64,000 nt of DNA from Candidatus Latescibacterota bacterium (GCA_965248265.1 CBDFJF010000002.1:1792001-1856000); one strand, 5' to 3'. Shown: positions 1-10,344, counted from the stretch's first letter. A program made the numbers and translations. Notes: a model not told the origin generated them from the sequence alone.

Positions 1-591
1 GACTGGAACCGCATTGTCATCTTTCGCAGTAGGGCCTTGCCGGAGATCTCGCAAAAGAGCGTGGCCGAGATCGCTCAGATGTGGGGAGTCGGGGTGTATG
101 ACGCCGTCTTCGACATACTGCTCGCGGAAATCGATGACCTGCATGCGCTGATGGTCATCTGCCTGGCCTACAACGAAGAGGATCTTCACTTGCCCGTCGA
201 ACGGCCGTACTGCATGACGGGTTCCGACGCCATCGCCTTGGCCCCTGACGGCCCGCTGCAGGACGAAACATTTCACGGGGCCTACACCTGGGCCGGCTAC
301 TACTACCGCACGTTCGGCACAGACCATGGCCTGCTCGGTCCCGCAGAAGCGATCCGCCGCATGACATCACTGCCCGCACAGCGCCTGGGCCTCAAGGACC
401 GTGGCGTGATTCGGAAGGGCAACTGGGCGGATATCGCCGTCTTCCATCCTACCGAATTCACCGATCGCGGTACTACATTCGAACCGAATCAGCCTTGCCA
501 GGGAATGCGTCACGTTCTGGTTAACGGCTCGTTCGCTCTACGAGACGGTGAACTGACAGATACGAGGGCTGGCAGAGTCCTGCGCTCTTGA
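1..591 (+). CDS. N-acyl-D-amino-acid deacylase / amidohydrolase, C-terminal part (5' end outside the window)
   Basis: Frame is open from base 1; motifs GSDA, EAIRRMTSLPAQRLGLKDRGVIRKGNWADIAVF and HVLVNG. Confidence 0.85.
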   Translation, partial: DWNRIVIFRSRALPEISQKSVAEIAQMWGVGVYDAVFDILLAEIDDLHALMVICLAYNEEDLHLPVERPYCMTGSDAIALAPDGPLQDETFHGAYTWAGYYYRTFGTDHGLLGPAEAIRRMTSLPAQRLGLKDRGVIRKGNWADIAVFHPTEFTDRGTTFEPNQPCQGMRHVLVNGSFALRDGELTDTRAGRVLRS

Positions 592-618
592 TGGCACTGA
601 AACAACTCGGCGCCTAGA

Positions 619-1011
619 TCAAATCAGCTCTACGCGTGCTGTGTGCGTCGGTGACTCGGCCAGTCGGGTGTCACGGGTGAGAAGGGGTGCATCGAGGGCT
701 TCAGCCAGGGCGACGTAGGCCGCGTCGTAGGCTGTGAGGTTGTCTCGCAGTTCCCAGATGCGCGGTATCAATGGCTCATGTGGATAGCGCGCGATGGGCA
801 GATCGGTGAAGTCTTCGATGGCCATCTCCGCCCGGACGGAGTCGAACTCACCGCCAAGATGGTAGCGCCGCAGTACCTGCAGGACCTCGAGATCGAGCAG
901 GTTCGGGGCGGCGATCGTCTCTTGTGAGTCGAGCAGTCTGTCGGCGATCTGCTCACCAACCGCGGAATTCAGTAATACCTCGACGACGGCGGACGCATCC
1001 GCGACGATCAC
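619..1011 (-). CDS. vapC: PIN-domain toxin (VapC family)
   Basis: IVADASAVVE...APNLLDLEV...NLTAYDAAYVALAEALDAPLLTRD; the GTG start overlaps the antitoxin stop (GTGA). Confidence 0.93.
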   Translation of the reverse strand: MIVADASAVVEVLLNSAVGEQIADRLLDSQETIAAPNLLDLEVLQVLRRYHLGGEFDSVRAEMAIEDFTDLPIARYPHEPLIPRIWELRDNLTAYDAAYVALAEALDAPLLTRDTRLAESPTHTARVELI

Positions 1012-1238
1012 CGGTGGTCTCGTTCAGCGCGCACGGCCTGGGCGGCCGATACACGTGTGCCAACCGGCTGTCGCCGCCGCAGGCGCACTCGGAGTTCCTC
1101 GGGTCTTGGCAGCTCGCTCAGACGTCGCACCTCCCGGAGCAGGTAGTCCGAGAGCGAGAGTCCCTCAAGCGCGGCGCGGGCTTTGAGCTGGCCGTGAATG
1201 TCGTCGGGGACATTGCGGATCTGGATCATGCGTGACAT
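1008..1238 (-). CDS. vapB: Ribbon-helix-helix antitoxin (FitA/VapB-like)
   Basis: IQIRNVPDDIHGQLKARAALEGLSLSDYLLRE; directly upstream of vapC; start taken at ATG 1238 from promoter geometry. Confidence 0.88.
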   Translation of the reverse strand: MSRMIQIRNVPDDIHGQLKARAALEGLSLSDYLLREVRRLSELPRPEELRVRLRRRQPVGTRVSAAQAVRAERDHR

Positions 1239-1273
1239 GTTTGCAGCATAGTTACATGTGATGCACATGTCAA
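1239..1273 (-). promoter_or_regulatory. Sigma70 promoter of vapBC with palindromic operator; probably leaderless
   Basis: Minus strand reads TTGACA-17 nt-TATGCT-6 nt-ATG; inverted repeat ACATGTG-atg-CACATGT at 1254-1270. Confidence 0.85.
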
Positions 1274-1449
1274 GCTATGCCGCATGCAACTGGGTGCGGT
1301 CGCGGAGTTGGCTCGCCGGCGCAGGAGGCCCGCAAGACCCTGCAGACCATATGGCCATGTTGAAGTCTCACGAGCTGGGCAATGTCAGGGTCGATCTGTC
1401 TTGAACACGATTCTGGCGAACAGGAGGTGATTTCGGGGAGATTCCCGGA

Positions 1450-1785
1450 TCAGGACTTCATCGCCAGATACACGATCACCCTCATTTGTCCCCCCTCCGG
1501 CACCTCACCGACGAGCCGCAAATAGGTCCCGAAGTTCGATACGCGCCCGAAGGTTACCTCCGTCCCGTCGCCGGTCAGTCTGAAACCGGTCCCTTCGTCG
1601 CACCACCGCATGCCGTCCGGTGAAATCTGGACTCGCGCCTGCGCCGCTTCGACCAGCCCGCTCGACTCCAGCACGCGGATGAAGAAGATCGCCTCCGACG
1701 CCCACGCCGCCTCGTAGGGCTCGGTCTCGAAGGTCCCGGTCCAGACGACACCGCGCTCCAACACCGCTGTGTGGCTCTGCTTCAT
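1450..1785 (-). CDS. Small conserved hypothetical protein (resembles DUF6385)
   Basis: ETEPYEAAWASEAIFF...VQISPDGMRWCDEG; family name recalled, not searched. Confidence 0.6.
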   Translation of the reverse strand: MKQSHTAVLERGVVWTGTFETEPYEAAWASEAIFFIRVLESSGLVEAAQARVQISPDGMRWCDEGTGFRLTGDGTEVTFGRVSNFGTYLRLVGEVPEGGQMRVIVYLAMKS

Positions 1786-1806
1786 GTCACACCAGAATTC
1801 CCGCGC

Positions 1807-2631
1807 TCAAAAGTCCCCGGACAGCGTCACCGAGTCCACGTAGAGAAACGCGCGCTTGTCGCGGTCCGTCTCCACGAAGAAGGTGGCGTTCAGCATGCAC
1901 CACAGGTTGGCCATCGCCGGCATCGCCATCGGCGCCATCCCGGAGACGTCGTAGTGGCGGTCATTGCACTGAAACGCCGTGAAAGCCATCGACTCGAGGT
2001 TGAGGCCGATGCGGATGTAGTGCCAGTTCTGCTTCGTCGCGATCTCGTTGTAGCACAGAAGCTGCTGGCCGTCAGTAACGTCCTCCCATCCCGATTCTGC
2101 GAGGTGGAAATGCGACCGCGTCTTGCCCGATGCGCCGATGTCGGCGAGCTGCTCCCGCCGCCTCTTGAACTGCCAGCGACCCACGGCTTCCCCGTTCAGC
2201 GCGTTCAGGTATCGCAGGTGTGGCATCACGCGGTGTTCGGCGTCCTGCAGGTCAAAGCAGATCCCGACGGCCCGAACATCCAGCTCCGAGAGCTCGAGCT
2301 CGGTCGCTTCCGGCTTGAAGGTAAAGCGAGCTTCCAGCTGGATCGGACCGGCGTGACGAAACGTCACCCGCTTCACGGCGACGGCGAGGTTGCCCGCGGC
2401 GGGGCGCGTCGCCAGCTTCATGGCGTAGGTCCCGTCCCACGAGCCAGCCGACCCGCCGTCCCACATCGTGCTGTTGCTAAGCATCGGACCGGGCATGTCG
2501 CGGTACTGCGGCAGCATGGAGTCGAGCGATTTCTCGTAATTGCCGACCAGGGTGGTCCATCCCTGCAGCCCGCAGTCGAAATCGTCTGCGTAGATGATGC
2601 GGGACAGGGGATCGAAGTGAGAAGATGTCAT
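1807..2631 (-). CDS. Hypothetical beta-sandwich protein (resembles DUF6772)
   Basis: 274-aa ORF, YADDFDCGLQGW...FLYVDSVTLSGDF; co-oriented with 1450-1785. Confidence 0.6.
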   Translation of the reverse strand: MTSSHFDPLSRIIYADDFDCGLQGWTTLVGNYEKSLDSMLPQYRDMPGPMLSNSTMWDGGSAGSWDGTYAMKLATRPAAGNLAVAVKRVTFRHAGPIQLEARFTFKPEATELELSELDVRAVGICFDLQDAEHRVMPHLRYLNALNGEAVGRWQFKRRREQLADIGASGKTRSHFHLAESGWEDVTDGQQLLCYNEIATKQNWHYIRIGLNLESMAFTAFQCNDRHYDVSGMAPMAMPAMANLWCMLNATFFVETDRDKRAFLYVDSVTLSGDF

Positions 2632-2768
2632 CAGCGTTCAGCCAGCGCCGTCAACGCCCCCAACACGCGAATCCGCGCCTCGTCTGCCAACGTGCGGTCC
2701 TCGGTATCTGATTCTCGGTGACTGCTCAAACTAAGCTCCACCAAGTAGATCGAACAGGGCACGACCAC
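2631..2768 (-). pseudogene. Two fused C-terminal gene stubs forming a 45-aa in-frame micro-ORF
   Basis: PCSIYLVELSLS matches the end of 59776-60831; DRTLADEARIRVL matches the 39974-43267 protein. Confidence 0.8.
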
Positions 2769-2777
2769 CGGCGGCCT

Positions 2778-5700
2778 TCACACCTTCGGCAGGTTCCCGA
2801 TGATCTGAGGGGCGCCTCGCATCGGTGAGCAGATGGTTTTGCCGACGCCGCGGTGCACCGTTGGCGGACGTTGGATCGCCGTCTGGATCCCCGCCTCCAG
2901 CACGCGCTTGAAGCGCTCCTCGCCAGTGAACTGGTACGCGGCAGCCACGCCCTTCAGAATGCGCATGTCAGCGTCGGGGTGGAGTTCGGATTCCGGGCAG
3001 CAGGTGTAGCGGAACGTCGCCCGCTCCGGCACCCACATATGATCGATACAGTACCCCGCCGCCCGCACGATTGAATCCGCCACGTCGTTATCGCCGGTCT
3101 CTTCGTGGAACCGCTTCAGTCCGACCATGAGGATGCCGACCATGAACCCGGCGTTCCCCGTGTGCCGCGGCGGGTCGCAGTAGCAGTGCCCGGGCACCAT
3201 CAGCCGGTCCCACCCACCAGAAGCGCGCTGACGCTCGAGCACGCGGTCGACGATGATCCGCGCGGCGTTCACGAAGACGCGCCTACCCGTCGCCCGATAC
3301 GCCGCAAAGAGGTGTATCAAATGCCAGCCTGATTCCCTGCAATTGTCGAAGTCGAAATCGTTGAGGATCTCACCCGCAAGAACCAGCGACACACGCAGAG
3401 CGCTCTCGCGGCTGCGGCCGCCTCCGGTCAGGAGCGCATGGAGGAACAGCCCTTCCACCCACGTGTGGGAAACCATCGTCATCGCGAAAAACATGGCGGA
3501 TTCGCGGTATCCGTTTGGATAGTACTCCCCGACGTGTCCGACACTGTGGATATACTGGGTGTCGATCGGCGTTGTGCCGCCCTTGGCGTGGTTGGTATCG
3601 ACATCCACGAGGTGACGGGCTGCCTCGTCCGCCCACCAGAAGAAGTCCGCCTCACCGCCCCGTAGAAACTCCTGCAGAAAGCACCACGGCGTATCGTATT
3701 CCATGTTCCCCCAGTTGTACGTCCGCTCGCCGAACCAGTCGCCGAAGTTGAGCATACCGTATGCGCGCGAAGAAACGCGGTCGGCTTTGTACGCCTTGTG
3801 CGCCCCTTCCACCCACGCCTCATACGGTGGGTACGGCGACGGATCCTTCGGAGGCAGCCGGGTCCACGCTTCGCTGTCATTCAGAACCGATAGAGGCACG
3901 CGGTAGAGCGGCGGATCGTTCACGGCGCGCAGGGGCTCCGCGTCAGGCGCGTAGCTGACCCAGAACTCGTGTGTCCTCGACACGCCCCGTTTCAGCTTGT
4001 AGCGCCCGTCCAGCAGGTAGAAGAACAGCCGATCCTCCAGCTCCCCTCCACGTGGATACGCCGACGGATCGAGTTCGGGACAGATATCCAACCGGAACCC
4101 GTCTTCATCGACGGCCAGACCTTTCGGGTAATTCTGCCAGAAGTCACGCATCTCCAGTCGCACCGCAGCCCCCTCGCTCTCGATCGACGCAGATCCATCG
4201 GCATGGCGTCCTTGGCTCACCACTTTCCCCTGTCGGCGAACGATAAATCGGTTGTCCTGCAGTTGCGTGAGATCGAGAGCGCCGTCCTTCCTGCTCGTTC
4301 CACCGAGTTCACACCGTTCGATCGCACCCACGTCGACGGGCAAGTTCAGGCTGAGCGAGCGGATCTGTTCGAATTCAGAGCCGCGCAATCCGGTCCCGTC
4401 GTTGACGAACGTGTGTTCGACGCGGATGCGGCGGCTGTTCCTGAAGAAATGGAGGCGCAGGATCGACTGCATCAGGGTCTTCGTCCCGCGCCGGTGACGG
4501 CACTCGATTAGGATGCACGCACGCTCAGGACCGCTTGTTTCGACCACAACCCGGTCTGGCTTCCCGCTGCGGTAAACCCGACCGGTACCATCGACGACGG
4601 AGATTGCCGGCATGCGCCCGACATCGGGCCCCGCGAAGCACCGGGTGGAACCATCGGAATGCTCGATCTCGACAACACCCGGCAGCACAACCTGGCTCTT
4701 TGGAATGCGAACCGTCATCGCACCGGTCGCCACGACGATCGCTCCCTTGACGGATCGCACCGTGACGCCGCTCTTCGACTCGTCGCTGACCGAGCGTCCG
4801 TACTCGACGGCGTAGCTCGATCGTCCGTCCGAATGAAAATCGAGCAGGGCCCACTTGATCGAGCTGTCTTCCCAACGAGACTGAACCCCCACCTGCACAG
4901 GCACAGTCGCGTTGTCGGAATCCAGCAGGCGAATGCAGTCCGGATCCGAGACTGACCCTGCGGCGAAGGGTACCCCGACCGTTACCGGCCAGGAGTGCGA
5001 CGCCGTCTTGACGATTGGCAGGTCGAAGCTGCCGCTCTGCGCTGACTTGGTCGCACGAGATGCCCCGACCCTGAACCTCCCACGTTTGCTGGCCGTCAAG
5101 CGGCCGGTGCGATCGCGCAGTTCGATTTCGTACGACGTCGACCCACTCGGGATTCCGGGTACAACCACCTCGTGGTTGGTTAGAAACGCGTTGAGCCGCG
5201 TGGCTCTGGCTTTCCCGCCCGAGGGACGGACGAGGATCCGCCCCTTCGCGGGCCGGCTCGTGCGCCACGTCAGGTAAGCGCACTGTCTGTCTCCTTCCGT
5301 GCGCACATCCACACGGGGTGAGAGAACGGCCAACTTTTTCGGAGTTTGTCTTGGCCGTTTGCTCAGCAGAACCACGCTCTCGATCCGACACGGACCGTCA
5401 GATCCGTTCGTGACCAGTCGAATCGTTTCACCACCCTTGAACTGTTGCTTCTCCGGCGTAAAGAACAGGTGAACGCGGTTATCCGGATCCGCGAGCGATG
5501 CACGAGCCACCTGCCGGTGTCCGAACCAGATTTCAATCGCTTCTTCCGCTCTCGCCGTAGCGTACATCGTGAAGCCGAGATAGAAACTCCCGGAGGCCCT
5601 GGTCACCTCGCGTAGCTCGCTCACGAGCCGCGCCTTTTGCACCGAGGCTGGGCGGTAGACGGAGGCGTTCGCGTACTCCGTGAACGTATCATTCACGAAA

Positions 5701-5810
5701 CCGTCGAGGTTCTTGCAGGTGAAGGCTGGAATCACAGTCGCATCAGCCAGGAGCCCGGCAATACGCGCGTCACCGGAAACGGCCTCAGCTGTGGGGATGG
5801 CGGATGTCAT
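2778..5810 (-). CDS. Exo-rhamnogalacturonan-lyase-like (PcRGLX/YetA-like) alpha/alpha-barrel protein
   Basis: WPVTVGVPFAAG...SRWEDSSIKWALLDF, RDFWQNYPKGL, GMLNFGDW...WGNMEYD, ARHLVDVD. Confidence 0.75.
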   Translation of the reverse strand: MTSAIPTAEAVSGDARIAGLLADATVIPAFTCKNLDGFVNDTFTEYANASVYRPASVQKARLVSELREVTRASGSFYLGFTMYATARAEEAIEIWFGHRQVARASLADPDNRVHLFFTPEKQQFKGGETIRLVTNGSDGPCRIESVVLLSKRPRQTPKKLAVLSPRVDVRTEGDRQCAYLTWRTSRPAKGRILVRPSGGKARATRLNAFLTNHEVVVPGIPSGSTSYEIELRDRTGRLTASKRGRFRVGASRATKSAQSGSFDLPIVKTASHSWPVTVGVPFAAGSVSDPDCIRLLDSDNATVPVQVGVQSRWEDSSIKWALLDFHSDGRSSYAVEYGRSVSDESKSGVTVRSVKGAIVVATGAMTVRIPKSQVVLPGVVEIEHSDGSTRCFAGPDVGRMPAISVVDGTGRVYRSGKPDRVVVETSGPERACILIECRHRRGTKTLMQSILRLHFFRNSRRIRVEHTFVNDGTGLRGSEFEQIRSLSLNLPVDVGAIERCELGGTSRKDGALDLTQLQDNRFIVRRQGKVVSQGRHADGSASIESEGAAVRLEMRDFWQNYPKGLAVDEDGFRLDICPELDPSAYPRGGELEDRLFFYLLDGRYKLKRGVSRTHEFWVSYAPDAEPLRAVNDPPLYRVPLSVLNDSEAWTRLPPKDPSPYPPYEAWVEGAHKAYKADRVSSRAYGMLNFGDWFGERTYNWGNMEYDTPWCFLQEFLRGGEADFFWWADEAARHLVDVDTNHAKGGTTPIDTQYIHSVGHVGEYYPNGYRESAMFFAMTMVSHTWVEGLFLHALLTGGGRSRESALRVSLVLAGEILNDFDFDNCRESGWHLIHLFAAYRATGRRVFVNAARIIVDRVLERQRASGGWDRLMVPGHCYCDPPRHTGNAGFMVGILMVGLKRFHEETGDNDVADSIVRAAGYCIDHMWVPERATFRYTCCPESELHPDADMRILKGVAAAYQFTGEERFKRVLEAGIQTAIQRPPTVHRGVGKTICSPMRGAPQIIGNLPKV

Positions 5811-5884
5811 ATCTGCGAACCTCTACGGAGTCCGGGGCGAAATGTCCTTGACCGAAGCTCGGTAATGTTACCATTATCGTTGGC

Positions 5885-6133
5885 GTGTTCAAGTGTTCCA
5901 CCTGCCACAACGTGCACGAAGACGAGACGGACCAGACCGCTATGTTTTCGCGCAAGTGCCTGACCTGTCACGAACAATCCCACACTGAAGAGCCCGAACT
6001 GGCGCAGGGCAACCGCTGCACTCAATGCCACATGCCAGATCAGCAAGCGAGCAATCTGCCGGTGTTCCACGAGGGGGAGGAGTGGTTCCTGTCGATGGCC
6101 AATCACCGCATCGGGATCTTCGAGGACCAATAA
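5885..6133 (+). pseudogene. C-terminal stub of a multiheme c-type cytochrome
   Basis: Three CxxCH motifs (CSTCH, CLTCH, CTQCH) and an NHRIGIF end; no signal peptide or N-terminal part. Confidence 0.75.
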
Positions 6134-6208
6134 CACACCCGAGCTCGTGTCAACGCTGCCGAGTCGGACTGCTCCCCACATGATCGCGAAATAGAGAGGG
6201 AAGCACTT

Positions 6209-7201
6209 GTGATCAAGCACGCATGCGGAATCGCAGTGGCGGTGTTGCTGAGTATCTCACCTTCTCATGCTCTGCAGCGGACCGATACGGAATTCAAGAT
6301 CTTCCAGTTCCCCGCCGACATGATTCCCCGCATCGACGGCCAGACCGACGACTGGGCGATGGTGCCCGACAGCTATGCCTACGGAACGGACCAACTCTCC
6401 GACACGGTCAAGGGAAACTTCACCAACTACGACCCTGAAGACCTGGATGTGACCGTGCGCGTCGGTTGGGTCAAGGGGTTGAACCGGCTCTATTTCCTCT
6501 ACGAGGCCTACGACGACTACTGGAACATGTACTACAAGTACGGAGACCTATTCGAAGTCGCCGTCGACGCCGACCGCTCTGGCGGGCCGAACATCGCCAA
6601 CCCCCAGATCGACGACGAATGGGAAAGCCACTTCCTGTTCAAGGGCGTGCACGCCCAGAACTACCACATCTTCACACCTGCCGGAGAAGGGCGGGATTGG
6701 GTCTTCGTCTGGGGGTGTCAGCCGTGGATCGGCCAGCTGCCGTACGCCAACCACGCCTACTCCTACGATTTCGCGGAGGGCGAGAGCGGCAAACTCGTGC
6801 TCGAATTCTGGATCACGCCCTTCGACTACGCTCCCTACGATGGCCCGGAACGGGCCGCCGTGTCGAAGCTGGAGGAGAGCTCGCTGATCGCCTTGTCCTG
6901 GTCGGTCCTCGACTTCGACGAGGACCACACGGAGTATGAGGGGTTCTGGAACCTTTCGCACGAGACGCACATGTACGACGACGCCTCGAACCTGTGCGCC
7001 TTTCGCTTGATGCCACTGGAGCCGGAGTACCTCAAACCGCTCGAGGCGCAATACTCCTATACGGTCGTCGACATGGATCGTCGGATGGTCGCCTTCACGG
7101 ATCGATCCCGTGGTGAGATCACGTCGTGGTCGTGGGACTTCGGCGATGGCACTTCATCGGCCGAACAGCACCCGATTCACCAGTACGACAGACCGGGAGA
7201 A
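6209..7201 (+). pseudogene. Secreted CBM9/DOMON-like + PKD protein, copy 1, lacking the last ~25 codons
   Basis: Signal peptide, PRIDG..DDW, WSWDFGDG; homology to its paralogs stops at RPGE (7201) and the frame runs on to 7354. Confidence 0.8.
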
Positions 7202-7250
7202 GAGCTACCTAAGTGCACGCCTCCGATCAACATATACGAGTGGGGATCGC

Positions 7251-8315
7251 ATGATCAAGCAAGTTTGTGTAGCACTGATGGCCTTGACCGCCTCATCGAG
7301 TCAAGCCCTGCAACGCACCGACACCGAGTTCAAGATCTTCCAATTCCCCCATGACATGATTCCCCGCATCGACGGTGAGATCGACGACTGGGCGATGGTT
7401 CCCGACGACTATGCCTACGGGACCGATCAGATCTCCGACACGGTCATGGGCAACTTCACCAACTACGACCGTGAAGACCTGGACGTCTCCGTGCGGGTGG
7501 GATGGGTCAAGGGGCTCAACCGGCTCTATTTCCTCTATGAGGCCTACGACGACTACTGGAACATGTACTACGGGCGGGGCGATCTGTTCGAGGTTGCCGT
7601 CGACGCCGACCGCTCCGGGGGGCCGAACATCTACAACCCGCAGATCGACGACCAATGGGAGAGCCATTTCCTGTTCAAGGGCGTGCACGCCCAGAACTAC
7701 CACATCTTCACGCCGCCGGGTGAAGGGCGAGACTGGGTTTTCGTCTGGGGTTGCCAACCCTGGATCGGCAAGCTCCCCTACGCCAATCACGCCTATTCTT
7801 ACGACTTCGAGGAGGGCGAGAGCGGCCGTCTCATTCTGGAATTCTGGATCACGCCGTTCGACTACGCCCCGTACGACGGGCCGGAGCGCGCCAGCATCTC
7901 GAAGCTGGTGGAGAACGCGCTGATCGCTCTGTCGTGGTCGGTCCTCGATTACGATGAAAACGACAAAGAGTACGAGGGCTTCTGGAACCTCTCCCACGAG
8001 ACCCGTATGGACAGCGACGCTTCGAATCTGTGCGCCTTCAGACTGATGCCTCTGGAGCCCGAGTACGTGAAGCCACTCGAAGCGCAGTATTCGTTCACCG
8101 TCGTCGACATGGATCGGCGCATGGTCGCCTTCAAAGACGAGTCCCACGGCGAGATCACCTCGTGGTCATGGGACTTCGGCGACGGATCGACTTCGAGTGA
8201 GCAACACCCGATACATCAGTACAGCGAGGCAGGAGAGTTTGTCGTGACCTTGCATGTCGAAGGTCCGAAGGGAAAGGCGCGTCGCGTCAAGGTGTATGAA
8301 GTGATGGTGAAGTGA
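7251..8315 (+). CDS. Secreted CBM9/DOMON-like + PKD domain protein, copy 2 (intact)
   Basis: Start MIKQVCVA with signal peptide; complete PKD (SWSWDFGDG...HPIHQY...FVVTLHV); tandem paralog of 6209. Confidence 0.85.
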   Translation: MIKQVCVALMALTASSSQALQRTDTEFKIFQFPHDMIPRIDGEIDDWAMVPDDYAYGTDQISDTVMGNFTNYDREDLDVSVRVGWVKGLNRLYFLYEAYDDYWNMYYGRGDLFEVAVDADRSGGPNIYNPQIDDQWESHFLFKGVHAQNYHIFTPPGEGRDWVFVWGCQPWIGKLPYANHAYSYDFEEGESGRLILEFWITPFDYAPYDGPERASISKLVENALIALSWSVLDYDENDKEYEGFWNLSHETRMDSDASNLCAFRLMPLEPEYVKPLEAQYSFTVVDMDRRMVAFKDESHGEITSWSWDFGDGSTSSEQHPIHQYSEAGEFVVTLHVEGPKGKARRVKVYEVMVK

Positions 8316-8686
8316 TGCCGGCGAACCGCGAGTGCGTGCTGACGACGTCCAGACCACCTCGTTGCCACAACGGCAGCCTCGAGCAGACGATTCACGCCAT
8401 CAGCGCCCACCACTTTGGCGAGCGCGTTCCGCGTGATTTGGACGACATACCGGCTGAGTACGACCCGTTCGAACTGTCTGTCGACGAGTACGAGGAGCTC
8501 GACCAGCACGTTCGTGCGGCACTGTACCTCGGCGTTCGTCAGCTGAACTGGGCCGGCACGACGTGGACGGGGGTCAACTTCTACGATGACAGCCGCTGCG
8601 TCGACTACCTGATCAGTCGACGGGTAATACACGCCCGATCGCGCCGCTGCACCCATCGGCCCCTCAGTCCAGCCTCAAATTTCTGA
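8312..8686 (+). CDS. Hypothetical protein, possibly partial
   Basis: 124-aa ORF overlapping the upstream stop; no motif recognised. Confidence 0.35.
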   Translation: MMPANRECVLTTSRPPRCHNGSLEQTIHAISAHHFGERVPRDLDDIPAEYDPFELSVDEYEELDQHVRAALYLGVRQLNWAGTTWTGVNFYDDSRCVDYLISRRVIHARSRRCTHRPLSPASNF

Positions 8687-8766
8687 CTCGACAGCATCTC
8701 CCAGCCGACATACCCTACCCATAACGGCCGCTTATAATTCCTCGTATACGTCAGGAGATTCTGCTC

Positions 8767-10299
8767 ATGTCAGCACAGCAGACCGTGAATATCGGCTCGA
8801 GACTGGAACTCATGGTGGACGACTATCTCATCCAGTCCATGACCGCCAAAGCGGAGTTGCGGCTTCACCAGCCGGTGCGGCGGGAGATCGTGTTCGAGAG
8901 TGACGCACCTTGGGAGGGGAATGCCTGTGGGTTTCAGTCAATCGTCAGTGACGATGGGCGGCATCGCATCTACTACCATGGCCTCCATTACCGAAACAGC
9001 GGAGAGCCGGCGCAGAAGCGCGAGGATCACACGGCCTGCCTGTGCTTCATCGAGAGCGAGGACGGCATCCACTGGGAGCGGCCCGAGCTGGGACTCTTCG
9101 ATTTCACTGGCTCGAAGGCCAACAACATCATCTTGACCCCTGAAGCCGTCGCGGAGGTCGGTGGCGGCCCGGCACTTACCTCGGTGCTCAAGGACGAGAA
9201 CCCCGAGTGTCCGCCGGACGCGAAGTTCAAGATCGTGATGCTTGGCAGTGAGCCCAATGGGTTGTATCTCCTCAAGTCCGGAGATGGCGTGCACTTCTCA
9301 CTGATGAGCAAGACCGCGGCCATCACGCACGACGCGTACGGCGCGTTCGACTCGCAGAACCTGATGTTCTGGGACTCCGTGCGCCAGGAATACCGTGAGT
9401 ACCATCGCGGCTTCAACGAGGGCGTGCGCGACATCATGACGGCCGTCTCGCCCGATCCTCTCCACTTCCCCGACTCGGAGTGGCTCTCGTACCCCGGCGC
9501 GCCGGTGGAGCAACTGTACAACAATCAGATCGTCCCTTACTACCGTGCACCACATATCTTCATGGGCTTCCCGGCGCGCTATCAGAAGCGCGAGTGGTCG
9601 GAACCGCTCTATGCAGTCCCCGGTCTGGAGGAGCGTCTGGCTCGGGCCAAATCCCATGAGCGGCACGGCTCGGCCATCACCGACGCGCTCTTCATGACTA
9701 GCCGCGATGGGCTCAACTTCAAGCGCTGGCCCGAGGCGTTCATCCGCCCGGGGCCGCGGTTGCGGGAGAGCTGGGTCTACGGGGACAACTATATGTTCTG
9801 GGGCATGGTCGAGACGCCGTCAGCCACCGAGGACGCACCCAAGGAGATCTCGATGTACGCGTCCGATGGCTACTGGGAGGGCATCTCCAACAGCGTGCGA
9901 CGGTACACCCTGCGTCAGGATGGTTTCGTGTCGGTCGCCGCGCCGCTGTCGGGCGGCGAGATCGTGACCAAGCCCATTGTCTTTGAGGGAGGCAACTTGA
10001 CGTTGAACGTGGAGACCTCTGGAGCCGGAGGAGTACAGGTAGAGATCCAAGACGAGGCGGGGACGCCGATCGAGGGGTACGGCCTCGACGACTGCCCGGC
10101 CATCTTCTGCGATTCGCTGCGCCGCGTCGTAAGGTGGAAGAAGAAGGGTGGCGATGTCCGACCGCTGTCGGCCAGGCCGGTGCGATTGCGGTTTGTGATG
10201 CGAGACGCAGACCTGTACGCGTTCCAGTTCGTGCCCTACGAGCCCGATCCTGCGGCGCCGGACCTGAGCGGAATCGAGCTGCCCAAGCAGGATGCATAG
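8767..10299 (+). CDS. Five-bladed beta-propeller glycoside-hydrolase-like protein (GH32/GH43 clan-like)
   Basis: IGSRLELMVDD, APWEGN, ESEDGIHWERPELGL, FDSQN..FWD, LRQDGFVS, VRLRFVMRDADLYAFQF; RBS AGGAG. Confidence 0.8.
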   Translation: MSAQQTVNIGSRLELMVDDYLIQSMTAKAELRLHQPVRREIVFESDAPWEGNACGFQSIVSDDGRHRIYYHGLHYRNSGEPAQKREDHTACLCFIESEDGIHWERPELGLFDFTGSKANNIILTPEAVAEVGGGPALTSVLKDENPECPPDAKFKIVMLGSEPNGLYLLKSGDGVHFSLMSKTAAITHDAYGAFDSQNLMFWDSVRQEYREYHRGFNEGVRDIMTAVSPDPLHFPDSEWLSYPGAPVEQLYNNQIVPYYRAPHIFMGFPARYQKREWSEPLYAVPGLEERLARAKSHERHGSAITDALFMTSRDGLNFKRWPEAFIRPGPRLRESWVYGDNYMFWGMVETPSATEDAPKEISMYASDGYWEGISNSVRRYTLRQDGFVSVAAPLSGGEIVTKPIVFEGGNLTLNVETSGAGGVQVEIQDEAGTPIEGYGLDDCPAIFCDSLRRVVRWKKKGGDVRPLSARPVRLRFVMRDADLYAFQFVPYEPDPAAPDLSGIELPKQDA

Positions 10300-10344
10300 G
10301 TATGGCCGCCACAGTGGATCGCAGGTTGGCTATCGTCCTCGTTC

